DNA from: an uncultured Planctomycetaceae bacterium
GTDB taxonomy: Bacteria; Planctomycetota; Phycisphaerae; SM23-33
NCBI GenBank assembly: GCA_964401835.1
Contig: CAYNZP010000009.1
Location: forward strand, 18,020-82,019
Length of the DNA: 64,000 nucleotides
Direction of reading: 5' to 3'
The position numbers and the translations under genes were made by a program. Shown piece by piece: positions 18,854 to 28,746 of this stretch (positions within the stretch are counted from its first letter, which is position 1; every line of letters begins with the position of its first letter). Under the pieces are notes generated by a model that was given only the letters and a program-made list of their open reading frames with translations, was not told where the DNA came from and made no database searches.

Positions 18854-21043
18854 TTAACCTTTCCTTTTCGCCTCACGCATCTTTTGAATTCTTGCTACGT
18901 CGTCATTCGCAAAATCAATGCCCAAATAAACCAATTTCGTTGTGCCATCGATTTTTACCCGGTCTCTATTAAAACCTAATTGACTAATTGCCCGCCCAAA
19001 GCTTGTGTAATTATCAAGCCATTGATACTTTGGAATCTGGTTATCCTTGCACCATTTTTTATAATGGCCCCTCAATTCAGCAGCAGGAATGCTATACCCT
19101 TCGCCTGTTATACATTTTTCGGACACGAACTCATTGAGAAGATTCTCTTCCTTGCGATATTCGTTTGTTGCGAACTTTACTTCCTCCGGCTCGGCAAGGC
19201 CCTCTTTTTGCCATGCAAGACAACCTTCCAATGCCCAATTAAGAATACCAGATAATTCGGCTTGTAGTTTTACTCCCAAGTGCCTATCACACTCTTCTTC
19301 AGATATTACGATATTAAACGGAATAAGCTTAATTCTATCCCAGATTGCGTGTGTATCTTCTTCAACCTTGGGCTTATTGTTCGTAATTAAGACAGTTTTG
19401 TTTGTCCTTTCGAACTGGAAATAATCCTGTCGCATAAATCGAGCTTTAATAAACTTGTCTCCCGTCAGATTCTTGACAAGTTGTACTCGCATCTTGCCGT
19501 TACGCTCAGTTTCTGAAGCTATTATCAATCGCTTACCCATAAGGTCGGCCAGTTCTGTTGGATGCTCGTTGTATTTTCGCACGCTTAATAGATTAGGCGG
19601 CGCATAACCAGCATATTCCCCCATCATAGTCAATATGGTATCCAAAAAGGTATTCTTGCCATTGCGTCCTTCGCCAAAAAAAATTGGCAGAATTTGCTCG
19701 CTCACATCACCAGTCAACCATGTGCCGGTAAGTTTCTGAAGATATCGAATTAGGTTTTCGTTATTACCCAATACACGCTTGAGGAACTTATCAAATAAAG
19801 GACACTTCGCTTCCGAATCGTATTGAGCTGGCGCCATTTTAGTTATCAAATCTTCCTTCCTGTGCTCTTGAAATTCTCCTGTCTTCAAATTTAATGTTCC
19901 GTTTTGACAATTAAAAAGGAAAATATCTTTATCTAAATCTTCGGGCGAAACGACTAAAGCTTGATTGTCCTTTGCCATACCAACAGCAGCTCTAACTCTT
20001 TCTCGACTTAAACTTTTCTCAATATGTTTACCCAATGCTTTACAGACAGCAGAATCGGTAGATGTTTTAGCTTCATCGTAAATATCTTTGATTGCCTGAA
20101 TCATTAGAGAGTTTACAGAATCAGTTAGGTCTGGAGCCCAGTATTGACCGTTCCACAGATACCATTTGCCCTGTTGTGGACAATATTTCACCTCGTTGCC
20201 ATGCTTCTTTGCGAATCTCAGTGCATTTCCTTCATCTGTCAGAGAGAACTGGTCCGGTAAAATTGTGCCCTCTGTGGTTCGCATCACGACAGAAGTCTCA
20301 GTCGAATGCTGGTAGCCCATGGCGCTTTGAACAATTTTTATAATCTCCTCTTCCGACAAAGGAGGCACACACCGTTTATTTTCAGAAATGATAGCGACGT
20401 ATACCGATTCAGAAGTCAAGCCAAGTTTAGCCATTTTACAGGCCTTGCTGAAAAGGAAGTCATTTCTTTTGCCCTCCGGAATTGCTTCGTCTGATTGGTT
20501 GACAACTGGAGAATTTTTCTTTTTTAATTTCTCCAACAACCAAGACGGAGCCTCTGCAATTTCAACATCCTCGGGACTACAATTTTTTGCCCATTTGTAG
20601 CGAGTTCCTGAACTGTGTAAACTTGGTGGAACAATAACACTCCCACCTTCGCCTTTAATATCTAAACCTTCGCCTAACCCACCATTATTACAACGGATTT
20701 CTTGGTTTTCTGGATACCGAAAAAAGATATGGCAACCACCGCCGCCTGTTTCCGCCATTACCGTCTCCGGTAATGGTTCGAATTCAGATTCTAGCATTTC
20801 AAGAGATTCATAGCCGCCCGGTTGATAATCAACATCGAGAACAAATATTCCGCTCTCTTTTCCCGTTGCAATTGCAATGTTCTCATCGGCAAATCCGTTA
20901 TTCCACCAGTTTCGAATTTGCGTCTCATCTGTCGTTGCGTCTTTAAACCCATGCTTCGTTAAAGGTATTTTATCCCCACGTTTGACAGGAAAAACATGAA
21001 AACCCTTTTGGGCGTATTTCAATGCCCTATCCAAATTTTGCAT
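18854..21043 (-). CDS. Bifunctional PrimPol-domain / D5_N-P4-type primase-helicase
   Basis: N-terminal bifunctional primase-polymerase domain (HVFPV...KDATTD...VLDVDY). C-terminal P4/D5 helicase Walker A (GEGRNGKNT). Confidence 0.8.
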   Translation of the reverse strand: MQNLDRALKYAQKGFHVFPVKRGDKIPLTKHGFKDATTDETQIRNWWNNGFADENIAIATGKESGIFVLDVDYQPGGYESLEMLESEFEPLPETVMAETGGGGCHIFFRYPENQEIRCNNGGLGEGLDIKGEGGSVIVPPSLHSSGTRYKWAKNCSPEDVEIAEAPSWLLEKLKKKNSPVVNQSDEAIPEGKRNDFLFSKACKMAKLGLTSESVYVAIISENKRCVPPLSEEEIIKIVQSAMGYQHSTETSVVMRTTEGTILPDQFSLTDEGNALRFAKKHGNEVKYCPQQGKWYLWNGQYWAPDLTDSVNSLMIQAIKDIYDEAKTSTDSAVCKALGKHIEKSLSRERVRAAVGMAKDNQALVVSPEDLDKDIFLFNCQNGTLNLKTGEFQEHRKEDLITKMAPAQYDSEAKCPLFDKFLKRVLGNNENLIRYLQKLTGTWLTGDVSEQILPIFFGEGRNGKNTFLDTILTMMGEYAGYAPPNLLSVRKYNEHPTELADLMGKRLIIASETERNGKMRVQLVKNLTGDKFIKARFMRQDYFQFERTNKTVLITNNKPKVEEDTHAIWDRIKLIPFNIVISEEECDRHLGVKLQAELSGILNWALEGCLAWQKEGLAEPEEVKFATNEYRKEENLLNEFVSEKCITGEGYSIPAAELRGHYKKWCKDNQIPKYQWLDNYTSFGRAISQLGFNRDRVKIDGTTKLVYLGIDFANDDVARIQKMREAKRKG

Positions 21044-21107
21044 CTTACATCACTACTCCTATTTTTAGCCTAATCTTCAAAAAAGGATGCGAAAAGGAAC
21101 GACAGGA

Positions 21108-21398
21108 TTAGGCTGCCGTTCCTTCCCCTGCTCCCGCAGAGCTGCGCAGGCCAGCGCCGCTGCATTTTTTAAACATGGTTACGACCGCCGTAACCTGATA
21201 AGTATTCCAAAGAAATTTCCCATTGATTTGCTTGCAATATCCGCCCGCAAAACTTCCACGAGTGGGAAAACCTCGGTCATACAACAGTCGGTATTTTTTC
21301 AGAATTCCCCGAAGTTCAAGGGGAGTTAATCCGTTTTTTCTTGCGATTCGATTAAGCCTATTGAAAACAATTTCGTTTTGCTCGTTTTGCTCATTCAT
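21108..21398 (-). CDS. Hypothetical small protein (island replication/regulatory operon)
   Basis: ORF in tight array with the primase. Confidence 0.3.
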   Translation of the reverse strand: MNEQNEQNEIVFNRLNRIARKNGLTPLELRGILKKYRLLYDRGFPTRGSFAGGYCKQINGKFLWNTYQVTAVVTMFKKCSGAGLRSSAGAGEGTAA

Positions 21399-21717
21399 CT
21401 AACTCACCCCAAATTTGTTGAAGAATATCAGGGTGTGGCAGCATCGTATATTCACCAGAAAAGGGGTCAAAAAACTCAAAGCCGATTTCTGGGCCATCCT
21501 CTTTAATGAGTAATCGAATCCATCCTGATTCGAACGCCCGTTCTAGGTTCTCCATGAACTTTTCTAGGCCAAGATTAAAATCACCGTAATATTTATGTTT
21601 GATTAAGCCAGTAGCTAAATCCGCTATCATTGCTTGAAATGCCGAATGCAACTCTGGGTCCGACTTTTCGAGCTCAGTCAACGTGTACGGCAATGGATTG
21701 GGATATATCAACTTCAT
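21391..21717 (-). CDS. Hypothetical protein
   Basis: ORF, overlapping neighbours. Confidence 0.3.
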   Translation of the reverse strand: MKLIYPNPLPYTLTELEKSDPELHSAFQAMIADLATGLIKHKYYGDFNLGLEKFMENLERAFESGWIRLLIKEDGPEIGFEFFDPFSGEYTMLPHPDILQQIWGELDE

Positions 21718-21731
21718 TGCAACCTCCTTTA

Positions 21732-21968
21732 TTAATCCTCAACTTTTTCAAATAATCGGTCTATTTCTCTGCCTTTGTTACAATCTCTTTCCCAAAGTTC
21801 TTTTGAAATCCTGAAAGGCGGCGACCCCGGTTTATATTTTTTGCTTTTTTCGGGATAATGATTTCTTCCGCTATACGATTGTCCTGTAACGCTGTCTCGC
21901 CAATATCGCCCGGGGCGAAGTTGAACGAGGACGCCCGATTCGATATTCGATAATTTCGATGTTGTCAT
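21732..21968 (-). CDS. Hypothetical protein
   Basis: ORF. 1-nt overlap with the upstream gene. Confidence 0.3.
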   Translation of the reverse strand: MTTSKLSNIESGVLVQLRPGRYWRDSVTGQSYSGRNHYPEKSKKYKPGSPPFRISKELWERDCNKGREIDRLFEKVED

Positions 21969-22582
21969 TATTTAACCTCCGATTTTGTTTTGAATGATTT
22001 GATAAAATTCCGAAGTTCTTCTGCATTGATAGACAAGAATGGGTTTGAGCTAAATGCCAAAAAAGCAGAGGCCTTACGCATTATCGCTCTGCCTTCACGA
22101 TGGAGTTGTTCGGCTTTTTCTGCTGATGCCAATGCAGATTCGAGAGCTTCTATTGCTTTTTGAGCTTCAGCTTTTTGCTTTTGGGATAATTGTTCGAGTT
22201 TCTGAACCGAGTGCCATGAAGAATAGGACTTTTCGAGATAATTCGCCCATGCTTTGATTGCCGCACGAGCATCATATTTTGAATTCTCTCTGCTTTCCAG
22301 ATATTCAAATAAGGCGATCTCCTCCAGTGTTTTTGGCCTTCGCCCGCCCGTGGGATGGGTTTTGCCCCATTGGTCAAGTGATTTGCGCCGGGCTTCGGCC
22401 GCTACGATTCGCAAAGTTTCTTCTCGATCAACATCTGCGTTGATCGCGTCACATTCTTGGCACGTTCCCAGAAGTGCGGCCCGCCGCGAATCCCCCTTGG
22501 TAAGTTCCTTAAATCCCTCTGGTTTGCCTTCTAAATATTTGTCTTCTAGTGCTTTAAACTGATTCTCGTAATTATCTTGCAT
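21968..22582 (-). CDS. Hypothetical protein
   Basis: First gene of the leftward operon, diverging from the recombinase across an AT-rich spacer. Confidence 0.35.
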   Translation of the reverse strand: MQDNYENQFKALEDKYLEGKPEGFKELTKGDSRRAALLGTCQECDAINADVDREETLRIVAAEARRKSLDQWGKTHPTGGRRPKTLEEIALFEYLESRENSKYDARAAIKAWANYLEKSYSSWHSVQKLEQLSQKQKAEAQKAIEALESALASAEKAEQLHREGRAIMRKASAFLAFSSNPFLSINAEELRNFIKSFKTKSEVK

Positions 22583-22965
22583 TCACAAATCACTTCCTTA
22601 ATTATCTTATAAACATCTATATTTTCAGGGTTTGAAACCCATCCTCCTATTTTAATATTGTACTAAACGTTTCAAATTTTCGAACCAAACCTGCTCCTAC
22701 ATTAATTCATAACTTTCCTTCATTAATATAATTACACCAATACTTTTGTTTTTAGCTCATTTTTTCCAGATTTTTCTGGCCAAACATCAATTTAAGAGCC
22801 AGAAAAAACTCTTGCATTAATATATTATACTGAAACGAACATTCCTCGTGACAAGAAAATTTTCATGTTTTAACATCTTTTAATACAAGCTTTTATATCT
22901 TTTTAGTCACTATTGTTGTTCAAATACTATTTGCTTGAGTATTTGCTTTTCTATATAATACAAAT

Positions 22966-25080
22966 ATGACTAAAGCATTTTTAATGACAAGAGTAAGTAC
23001 CGAAGCGCAAGCCGACGTTGGCGAAGGCCACAGTGCCCAGTTACATGCCTGCCAAACCATCGCAAAAAGTAACGGCTTTTCAAACACTGAACATGTTTCG
23101 GAAACGATTTCTGGATTCACCGAAAATATTGATGACCGCCCGAAGTTGGCAAAAGTTTTAAATGAGGCTCAAGCAGGCGACATTCTCATCTGGGACAAGT
23201 CCGACCGTATTGCCAGAGACAAAAAAGCGAAAGAATCAATTCTTGATGAAATGGCAAAAAAAAGGCTTCGCTGTATTGTTGGCGGAACAGAATATGATTT
23301 AACCAATGAAGAACACCGCTTAATTTTAACGCTATTCGGGGGCTTCGATCATTACATGGGCCGAGCCCTTGTAGCTCGTATGAAATCCGGTAAAGAAGCA
23401 CGCCAACGCAAGGGTGGAATCATTTACACTAACGCCCCTTTCGGATTGACGTATCAGCCTCCCAAAGACTCGAAAAATTGGGAAGAGCGAACCTTTGTAA
23501 TTAATCCCACCGAAGGCAAAATCGTAAAAAAGATTTTCGAAAAATATCTATCAGGTTGGTCACAAGAAAAAATAGCTGATTGGCTTAACCAACAAAATAT
23601 AACCACAAGGCGTGGTCGAAGGTGGACGGGCCATAAAATTAGCAATTTGTTGAAGAATCCCATGATAGCTGGACGGGTTTATGCCAATCTTTATAGCTAT
23701 GCCCCCGGCACTCGAAGCCGAAAAATGAATCCCCAAAGGGATTGGCAATTCGTCAAATACATAGGCGAGATAGTTCCGTGGTCAGACTTTGGACGAGTGC
23801 AACAAAGATTAGAGCGCAATCTCCCACCGCATCGTCGAAACTCGGGCGATACATCCAAACAGAAAAAAGGACGAACTGCGAAAGACAGATATTTTCTTGC
23901 AGACCGCTTAAGCTGTGGAAAATGTAATGGCAAAATGGGATTGATGGGCGGAACGAAAAAACCGGACGGCGAATACGTCCGTTATTACAAATGCTCGTGG
24001 AGCAGGAGTACCCGTCGAACTCGGGTACAAGGGAAGGATTGGTGCGAATCATCGGGAATTTTTGCCGACCACGCTGAATTTCTTATTTGGCACTTTGTCC
24101 GTAAGGTCTTTTTGAATCCGAAAGGTTTTTTCAGCGATATACTAAAAGGTAACCCCGCAAAGGCCGAACTAATAAATGCAAAGCAGGAACTACAGGGTTT
24201 TGAAAGTAGGCTTGATACAGTAAATTCAAAAATCGAAAAAGCTATCGACATGCTTCTCGAAACTGAAAAAGGCTCTGCTCGTGAAGACACTTTAAATGCT
24301 CAACTTAAGAAACTCGAAAAAGACCGCGATTCAATTAAAGAACAAATCGCTCGGCAGTCCGGTATTGTTGTGGGGATTGAACAGTTTGCAAATCAGTTAG
24401 ATTTTGTGAAAGACAATAAAGAAGCATTGAATGGAATCCAAGTTGTAGCAAGGCGAGTTATCGATGATTTAAATTACGAGCAACGAAAAGAATTAGTTAA
24501 TGCCGTACTGGGAAATTTAACATTCAAAGTTGAAACAATCAGTAAAGAAGAATGGAAAACTTACCGAAAATGCCCTAGTGGGCAATTTGGAAAGGACTTA
24601 TACGTTATTTTAAGGGGCGTTGAGAGAATTCCTACTGAACCGCCGAAAACGAGGTTAGAGGCAATAGAACAGACGGTCTACGAAAGTAGTTTATCCGACC
24701 TGCATAAAATTCCATCCGTAGGCTGTGCCTTCAACCCTAGGGCAAAAGCACGTGGACAGGCCTTTAAACTTGTTCCGCAAGGCCGATACAATGTTCGCAA
24801 CGCTTTAAGAGATATGGCGAGATTTGCAAAAAGCCTCAAGCCCCGTATCTACAAAAAATACAGAGACTTAGATTCAACTAAAAATAATAATACTGATAGA
24901 AGACGGCTGCGTTACGATACCGCGCGTCCACAGTACGCTAAAGTTCCCGGCCCGGCTGATGCTGGTAGCTGCCATGAACCCCTGCCCATGCGGCTACTTC
25001 ACCGACCCCAAAAAGCCGTGCAAATGCTCGCCGAACCAGGTCCAGCGTTACCTGTCGCGCATTTCCGGGCCGTTGATTGA
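22966..25080 (+). CDS. Large serine recombinase (resolvase/invertase N-domain); 3' end reads through the island/chromosome junction
   Basis: TRVSTEAQ catalytic serine motif, recombinase domain, Cys-containing zinc-ribbon-like region, coiled coil. The last ~60 codons lie in high-GC host DNA. Confidence 0.8.
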   Translation: MTKAFLMTRVSTEAQADVGEGHSAQLHACQTIAKSNGFSNTEHVSETISGFTENIDDRPKLAKVLNEAQAGDILIWDKSDRIARDKKAKESILDEMAKKRLRCIVGGTEYDLTNEEHRLILTLFGGFDHYMGRALVARMKSGKEARQRKGGIIYTNAPFGLTYQPPKDSKNWEERTFVINPTEGKIVKKIFEKYLSGWSQEKIADWLNQQNITTRRGRRWTGHKISNLLKNPMIAGRVYANLYSYAPGTRSRKMNPQRDWQFVKYIGEIVPWSDFGRVQQRLERNLPPHRRNSGDTSKQKKGRTAKDRYFLADRLSCGKCNGKMGLMGGTKKPDGEYVRYYKCSWSRSTRRTRVQGKDWCESSGIFADHAEFLIWHFVRKVFLNPKGFFSDILKGNPAKAELINAKQELQGFESRLDTVNSKIEKAIDMLLETEKGSAREDTLNAQLKKLEKDRDSIKEQIARQSGIVVGIEQFANQLDFVKDNKEALNGIQVVARRVIDDLNYEQRKELVNAVLGNLTFKVETISKEEWKTYRKCPSGQFGKDLYVILRGVERIPTEPPKTRLEAIEQTVYESSLSDLHKIPSVGCAFNPRAKARGQAFKLVPQGRYNVRNALRDMARFAKSLKPRIYKKYRDLDSTKNNNTDRRRLRYDTARPQYAKVPGPADAGSCHEPLPMRLLHRPQKAVQMLAEPGPALPVAHFRAVD

Positions 25081-25462
25081 CAGAATAGATATTCACGTCG
25101 AAGTGCCGCCCGTCCCGTGGCGACAACTGCGAGGCGGCAATGGCGATGGTATCAGCTCCGCGGATATGCGCGACCAGGTAGTCTCTGCCCGTGCGATACA
25201 GAAAAGTCGTTTCAGCGGCAATGGTTCTACTACAACTAACGCTACGATGGCCAGCAAACAGGTTCGCAAATTCTGCCAGCTGGATTCATCGGGTGAATTG
25301 CTACTCAAACAGGCAATGACGGAGCTGGGCCTCTCCGCCCGCGCACATGACAAGGTGCTGCGAATTGCAAGAACCATCGCTGATATCGAAGGCGAGGAAA
25401 AAATCCAGCCGCACCACCTGGCCGAGGCAATTCAATATCGAAGATTAGACAGGAGATTGTAG
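24899..25462 (+). pseudogene. comM: comM/yifB C-terminal fragment (EDGCVTIPR...FPARLMLVAAMNPCPCGY...)
   Basis: Resumes the conserved YifB sequence immediately after the RQPLE motif that ends the N-fragment, in a different frame from the recombinase. Confidence 0.85.
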
Positions 25463-25538
25463 AAAACACCACTTGAGAGTCACTCGGAAAAGCTATTGTA
25501 ATTTTTAAACAAACTTCAACTTCTATCATTACCATCTG

Positions 25539-25754
25539 CTAGGGGCAGTCATTGCTTGGAACGTATTCAATCAAATCCCCTGGTGTGCAATTAAGGACTT
25601 TACAGATAGCCTCAAGGGTTGAAAAGCGAATCGCACGAGCTTTATTGGTTTTCAGAATCGACAGATTATTTACTGCAATACCCGTAGCTTCAGCCAGATC
25701 TTTAAGCTTCATCCTATTATCAAGAAGAAGATAGTCCAAACGAATGCGGATCAT
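25539..25754 (-). CDS. XRE/Cro-type HTH transcriptional regulator
   Basis: 71 aa, HTH (LKDLAEATGIAVNNLSILKTNKARAIRFSTLEAICKVL). Confidence 0.7.
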   Translation of the reverse strand: MIRIRLDYLLLDNRMKLKDLAEATGIAVNNLSILKTNKARAIRFSTLEAICKVLNCTPGDLIEYVPSNDCP

Positions 25755-25766
25755 GATATCTATTCC

Positions 25767-26270
25767 TTAAACAATTACCTTGGCTTCTTCAATGACCGGA
25801 ATGATTCGTCGCAAGAATTGCCCCAGTCCAATGAGAACCAAAATTTTTACTAACGATAGAAGTGTAGATGGTCCAAGTGAAGCTACAGTGAAATACCACG
25901 CTCCTGTGCGAACAGATAACAAAAAACAAAAATTAAGCAGAAGGCTAGAGAAGACAAGAATCGCGAAGATGTAAAGAATCTTGTCACCGTGGCGAAGTAC
26001 CCAGCCTGGTTTATCGTTAGTTTCGAGCAAGAAACGCAGCAACTGCCCAACGCCTATCGCAGTTATTCCTCCGCCGAAGGCCATAACGAAGGACACGAAA
26101 TATCGAGCTCTTAGAAAAACATTTATTTGTTCGGCGCCCTTTTGCAACTCAAAAAGGCCATATGCAAAGAATGGCAGCATCAAAACCAAGACCACCCATC
26201 CCATAATCCGAATGATAGAACAGCGAGTTCTGAGTAATCGTTCATTTTGCTTTATAATAGCGTTTGCCAT
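25767..26270 (-). CDS. Small polytopic membrane protein (DUF2975-like partner of the HTH)
   Basis: 4 TM helices. Start set at the RBS-supported ATG (AAGGAG) to avoid overlap with murG. Confidence 0.5.
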   Translation of the reverse strand: MANAIIKQNERLLRTRCSIIRIMGWVVLVLMLPFFAYGLFELQKGAEQINVFLRARYFVSFVMAFGGGITAIGVGQLLRFLLETNDKPGWVLRHGDKILYIFAILVFSSLLLNFCFLLSVRTGAWYFTVASLGPSTLLSLVKILVLIGLGQFLRRIIPVIEEAKVIV

Positions 26271-26421
26271 AGTAATTCTCCTTTGGATTAACTTGTTATA
26301 TGTGTAAAAAATAACGACAAACGTTATATTGTCAATGATAAACTTTTTTGTTTTGGTGCATCCATCATTAATTATTGCTAGCTCAAGCTGCCATTCTGTT
26401 TTCAATCGCCTGCGGTCAGAC

Positions 26422-27531
26422 TTAAGAATTCTGTAATAACCACTGTGCAATGATTTTTGAGGAGATGCTTTTATCGCTGCCGGAAATTCCATGGTGCATT
26501 TTTAATAGCTGTTCTTCGTCTTGCAAAATCGGGATAAGACTTGCGCCCAGGTTCGCTTTATTTGAGTCTGTATCAATTTCATCTTCGCATATCACGGCTG
26601 TTCCCGAGCTGACAAGTTCCGCTGCGTTGAGTTTCTGCTGCTGGTCACGATGATGAGGGTATGGCATGATGACAGCTGGAGTTGCTGTCGCGGTCAATTC
26701 CGCTATTGTCGATGCCCCGCCGCGACAAAGTGCCAAATCGGATGCCGCGTAAGCGAGGTCCATGTGGTCGCAATATTTTCTGGAAACAACTCTGATTTTT
26801 CCAAAAGGCGTCTGGGCCGATTCATTCGCCTCGCCGGTTATGTGGATTATCTGCCAGCCTTGGGCAAAATCATCGAGCTTATCAGCCAATGCGTAAACCG
26901 CCTTGTTAATCGAAGCTGCTCCAAAGCTGCCGCCAAGGACTAACAAGGTCTTCCTGTCGCTATCCAAACCAAAATGCTCCAAAGCTTGAGCCCGATTCGC
27001 ATTAGTTATATCGCTTCTGACAGGACAGCCGACGCATCTGACCCGCTCCTGCAAGCGGCCAGCAAAACAGCTCTGCGTTGACTCGAATTGAGTGAAGATT
27101 ACCCGTGCATGTTTCGATAAATGGCGGTTGGCGATTCCCGGCACTGCATCGGGATTCAACATTGCCGTAGGAATGCCAACCTTGGCGGCCTTGCTGACCA
27201 AATTGGCAGCTGCAAAACCGCCAAGACCAAGCACAGCTGCCGGTTTTAGGTCGCCCAACATATCCCGGGCCTGGGCGCAGGAAGCGATGTAGCTCCTGCA
27301 GAAACGACCCCACCCGCAAAAACTTCTGGGTAGTGGTTTAATCGGCTGGGGAACTGCCGCAAAACCCCTTCCGAGTGAGTCCAGAATTTTCCTGTCGATG
27401 CTTCGATCCGAACAGGCAAATACAATCTTCGCTTCCGGCTGCGATTTATGAAGTTGCTCGGCCACCGCCAGGCCGGGATATAAATGCCCACCCGTTCCGC
27501 CGCCGGCAAAGATGTAAATCGGCTTGGTCAA
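26422..27531 (-). CDS. murG: UDP-GlcNAc:lipid I GlcNAc transferase MurG
   Basis: IFAGGGTGGHLYPGLAV motif, GT28 architecture. Confidence 0.85.
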   Translation of the reverse strand: MTKPIYIFAGGGTGGHLYPGLAVAEQLHKSQPEAKIVFACSDRSIDRKILDSLGRGFAAVPQPIKPLPRSFCGWGRFCRSYIASCAQARDMLGDLKPAAVLGLGGFAAANLVSKAAKVGIPTAMLNPDAVPGIANRHLSKHARVIFTQFESTQSCFAGRLQERVRCVGCPVRSDITNANRAQALEHFGLDSDRKTLLVLGGSFGAASINKAVYALADKLDDFAQGWQIIHITGEANESAQTPFGKIRVVSRKYCDHMDLAYAASDLALCRGGASTIAELTATATPAVIMPYPHHRDQQQKLNAAELVSSGTAVICEDEIDTDSNKANLGASLIPILQDEEQLLKMHHGISGSDKSISSKIIAQWLLQNS

Positions 27532-27557
27532 AATTTGATCCTAAAGAAACCTTAAAA

Positions 27558-28736
27558 CTACCAGTCTCGTATTCTCGTCGGGTCATCCCGATGGGCTGTC
27601 ACCGAGATAATAAACGCCACAGCCGACGCCAACAACAAAAGTGCCGTCCCACCGGCGGAGACAAACGGCAGGCTCATTCCGGTCGGGGGTAGAACGACTG
27701 TATCGACAGCGATATGAAGGACTGCCTGTATCGCTATCATAAAGGCCAGCGACCCAGCCAAGACCTTACCGAACCGGTCGTCGGCGTGAACAGCTGCCTT
27801 GCGTGCCTGTAATATCCAAAGAATAAACAGGCCGATGAGCAGTACCGCCCCGACAAAACCCCATTCCTCGGCATAGACCGCGAAAATAAAGTCCGTCGTG
27901 TCTTCCGGTAAAAAGCCAAGTTTAAGCTCACCGTTGCCGGGCCCCTTGCCGAACCAGCCACCGGTAAGAATCGCCAGCAGAGACATACGCGGCTGATACG
28001 CGCTCGGATTGGCTTGCGACCACGGATCCAGCATAGCTGTTATCCGGGACAACCGATGCGGGTCTCGCACTATAAGTAAATAAAACCCGGCTGCCGCGGG
28101 CGGAATAAGGCTGGCAAGATAATACCACGGCACACCGGCCAATAGCATTGTTACACAAGCAGAGATGCCGATGAGCACCGCCGTGCCCAGGTCTTCTTTT
28201 ATGACAATTCCGACGCAAAACAGAACCATGAGTATGGCTGGCAAAAAAGTTTTGGTTATGCTGCGAAGCTGAACCGTCGGCCGGGACAGCCAGGCCGCCA
28301 AAAATATCACCAGCGTTATTTTGAGAATCTCGGATGGCTGGAAACCGATTTTGTACTGGGCCGGGCCAAGACGAATCCACCGGAGCCTGCCCCCCACCCC
28401 ATGACCTATACCCGGCACATAAACCATAAATGCGCAGACAATCGCGATAACCAGCAAAATCACCGGCATGACAGGAAAATGCTTGCCGGCAAAGAGCACG
28501 TGATAATCAATCCGCCAGGCAGTGAACATGATTAACAGTGCCATGCAGGAAAAAACGGTGTGCCGGATATCGAGACGTGCGTACCACTTGCCCGGTGATA
28601 CCACCGAAGCCACAGCACTATGAACCATTACGATGCCCAGGGCTAACAGGGCAAAGGTCGCCAGAAGCATAACGGTTCCGTTGGGGTTATCTCGAAGCGG
28701 CAATTGCTTGAATTTAACGTTCGGCTTCCGTGCCAT
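27558..28736 (-). CDS. ftsW: SEDS-family peptidoglycan polymerase FtsW/RodA
   Basis: 10-TM SEDS protein within the dcw cluster. Confidence 0.8.
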   Translation of the reverse strand: MARKPNVKFKQLPLRDNPNGTVMLLATFALLALGIVMVHSAVASVVSPGKWYARLDIRHTVFSCMALLIMFTAWRIDYHVLFAGKHFPVMPVILLVIAIVCAFMVYVPGIGHGVGGRLRWIRLGPAQYKIGFQPSEILKITLVIFLAAWLSRPTVQLRSITKTFLPAILMVLFCVGIVIKEDLGTAVLIGISACVTMLLAGVPWYYLASLIPPAAAGFYLLIVRDPHRLSRITAMLDPWSQANPSAYQPRMSLLAILTGGWFGKGPGNGELKLGFLPEDTTDFIFAVYAEEWGFVGAVLLIGLFILWILQARKAAVHADDRFGKVLAGSLAFMIAIQAVLHIAVDTVVLPPTGMSLPFVSAGGTALLLLASAVAFIISVTAHRDDPTRIRDW

Positions 28737-28746
28737 TAACGGTTCC

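Larger units (their letters stand above)
10024..24891. mobile_element. Integrated low-GC island (~14.9 kb) in comM; phage-satellite or defective-prophage-like
   Basis: Abrupt GC drop at both ends. Splits comM. ATAATAAT repeats at 10016-10023 and 24884-24891. Encodes serine and tyrosine recombinases, a PrimPol/D5 primase, an HK97 major capsid protein and an XkdF-like protein. Confidence 0.85.

Noticed and set aside
24959-25462. Stand-alone 167-aa gene starting at the ATG at 24959
   Set aside because: The conserved YifB sequence continues in frame upstream to ~24899 with no start codon. It is the C-terminal fragment of the interrupted comM, not an independent gene.
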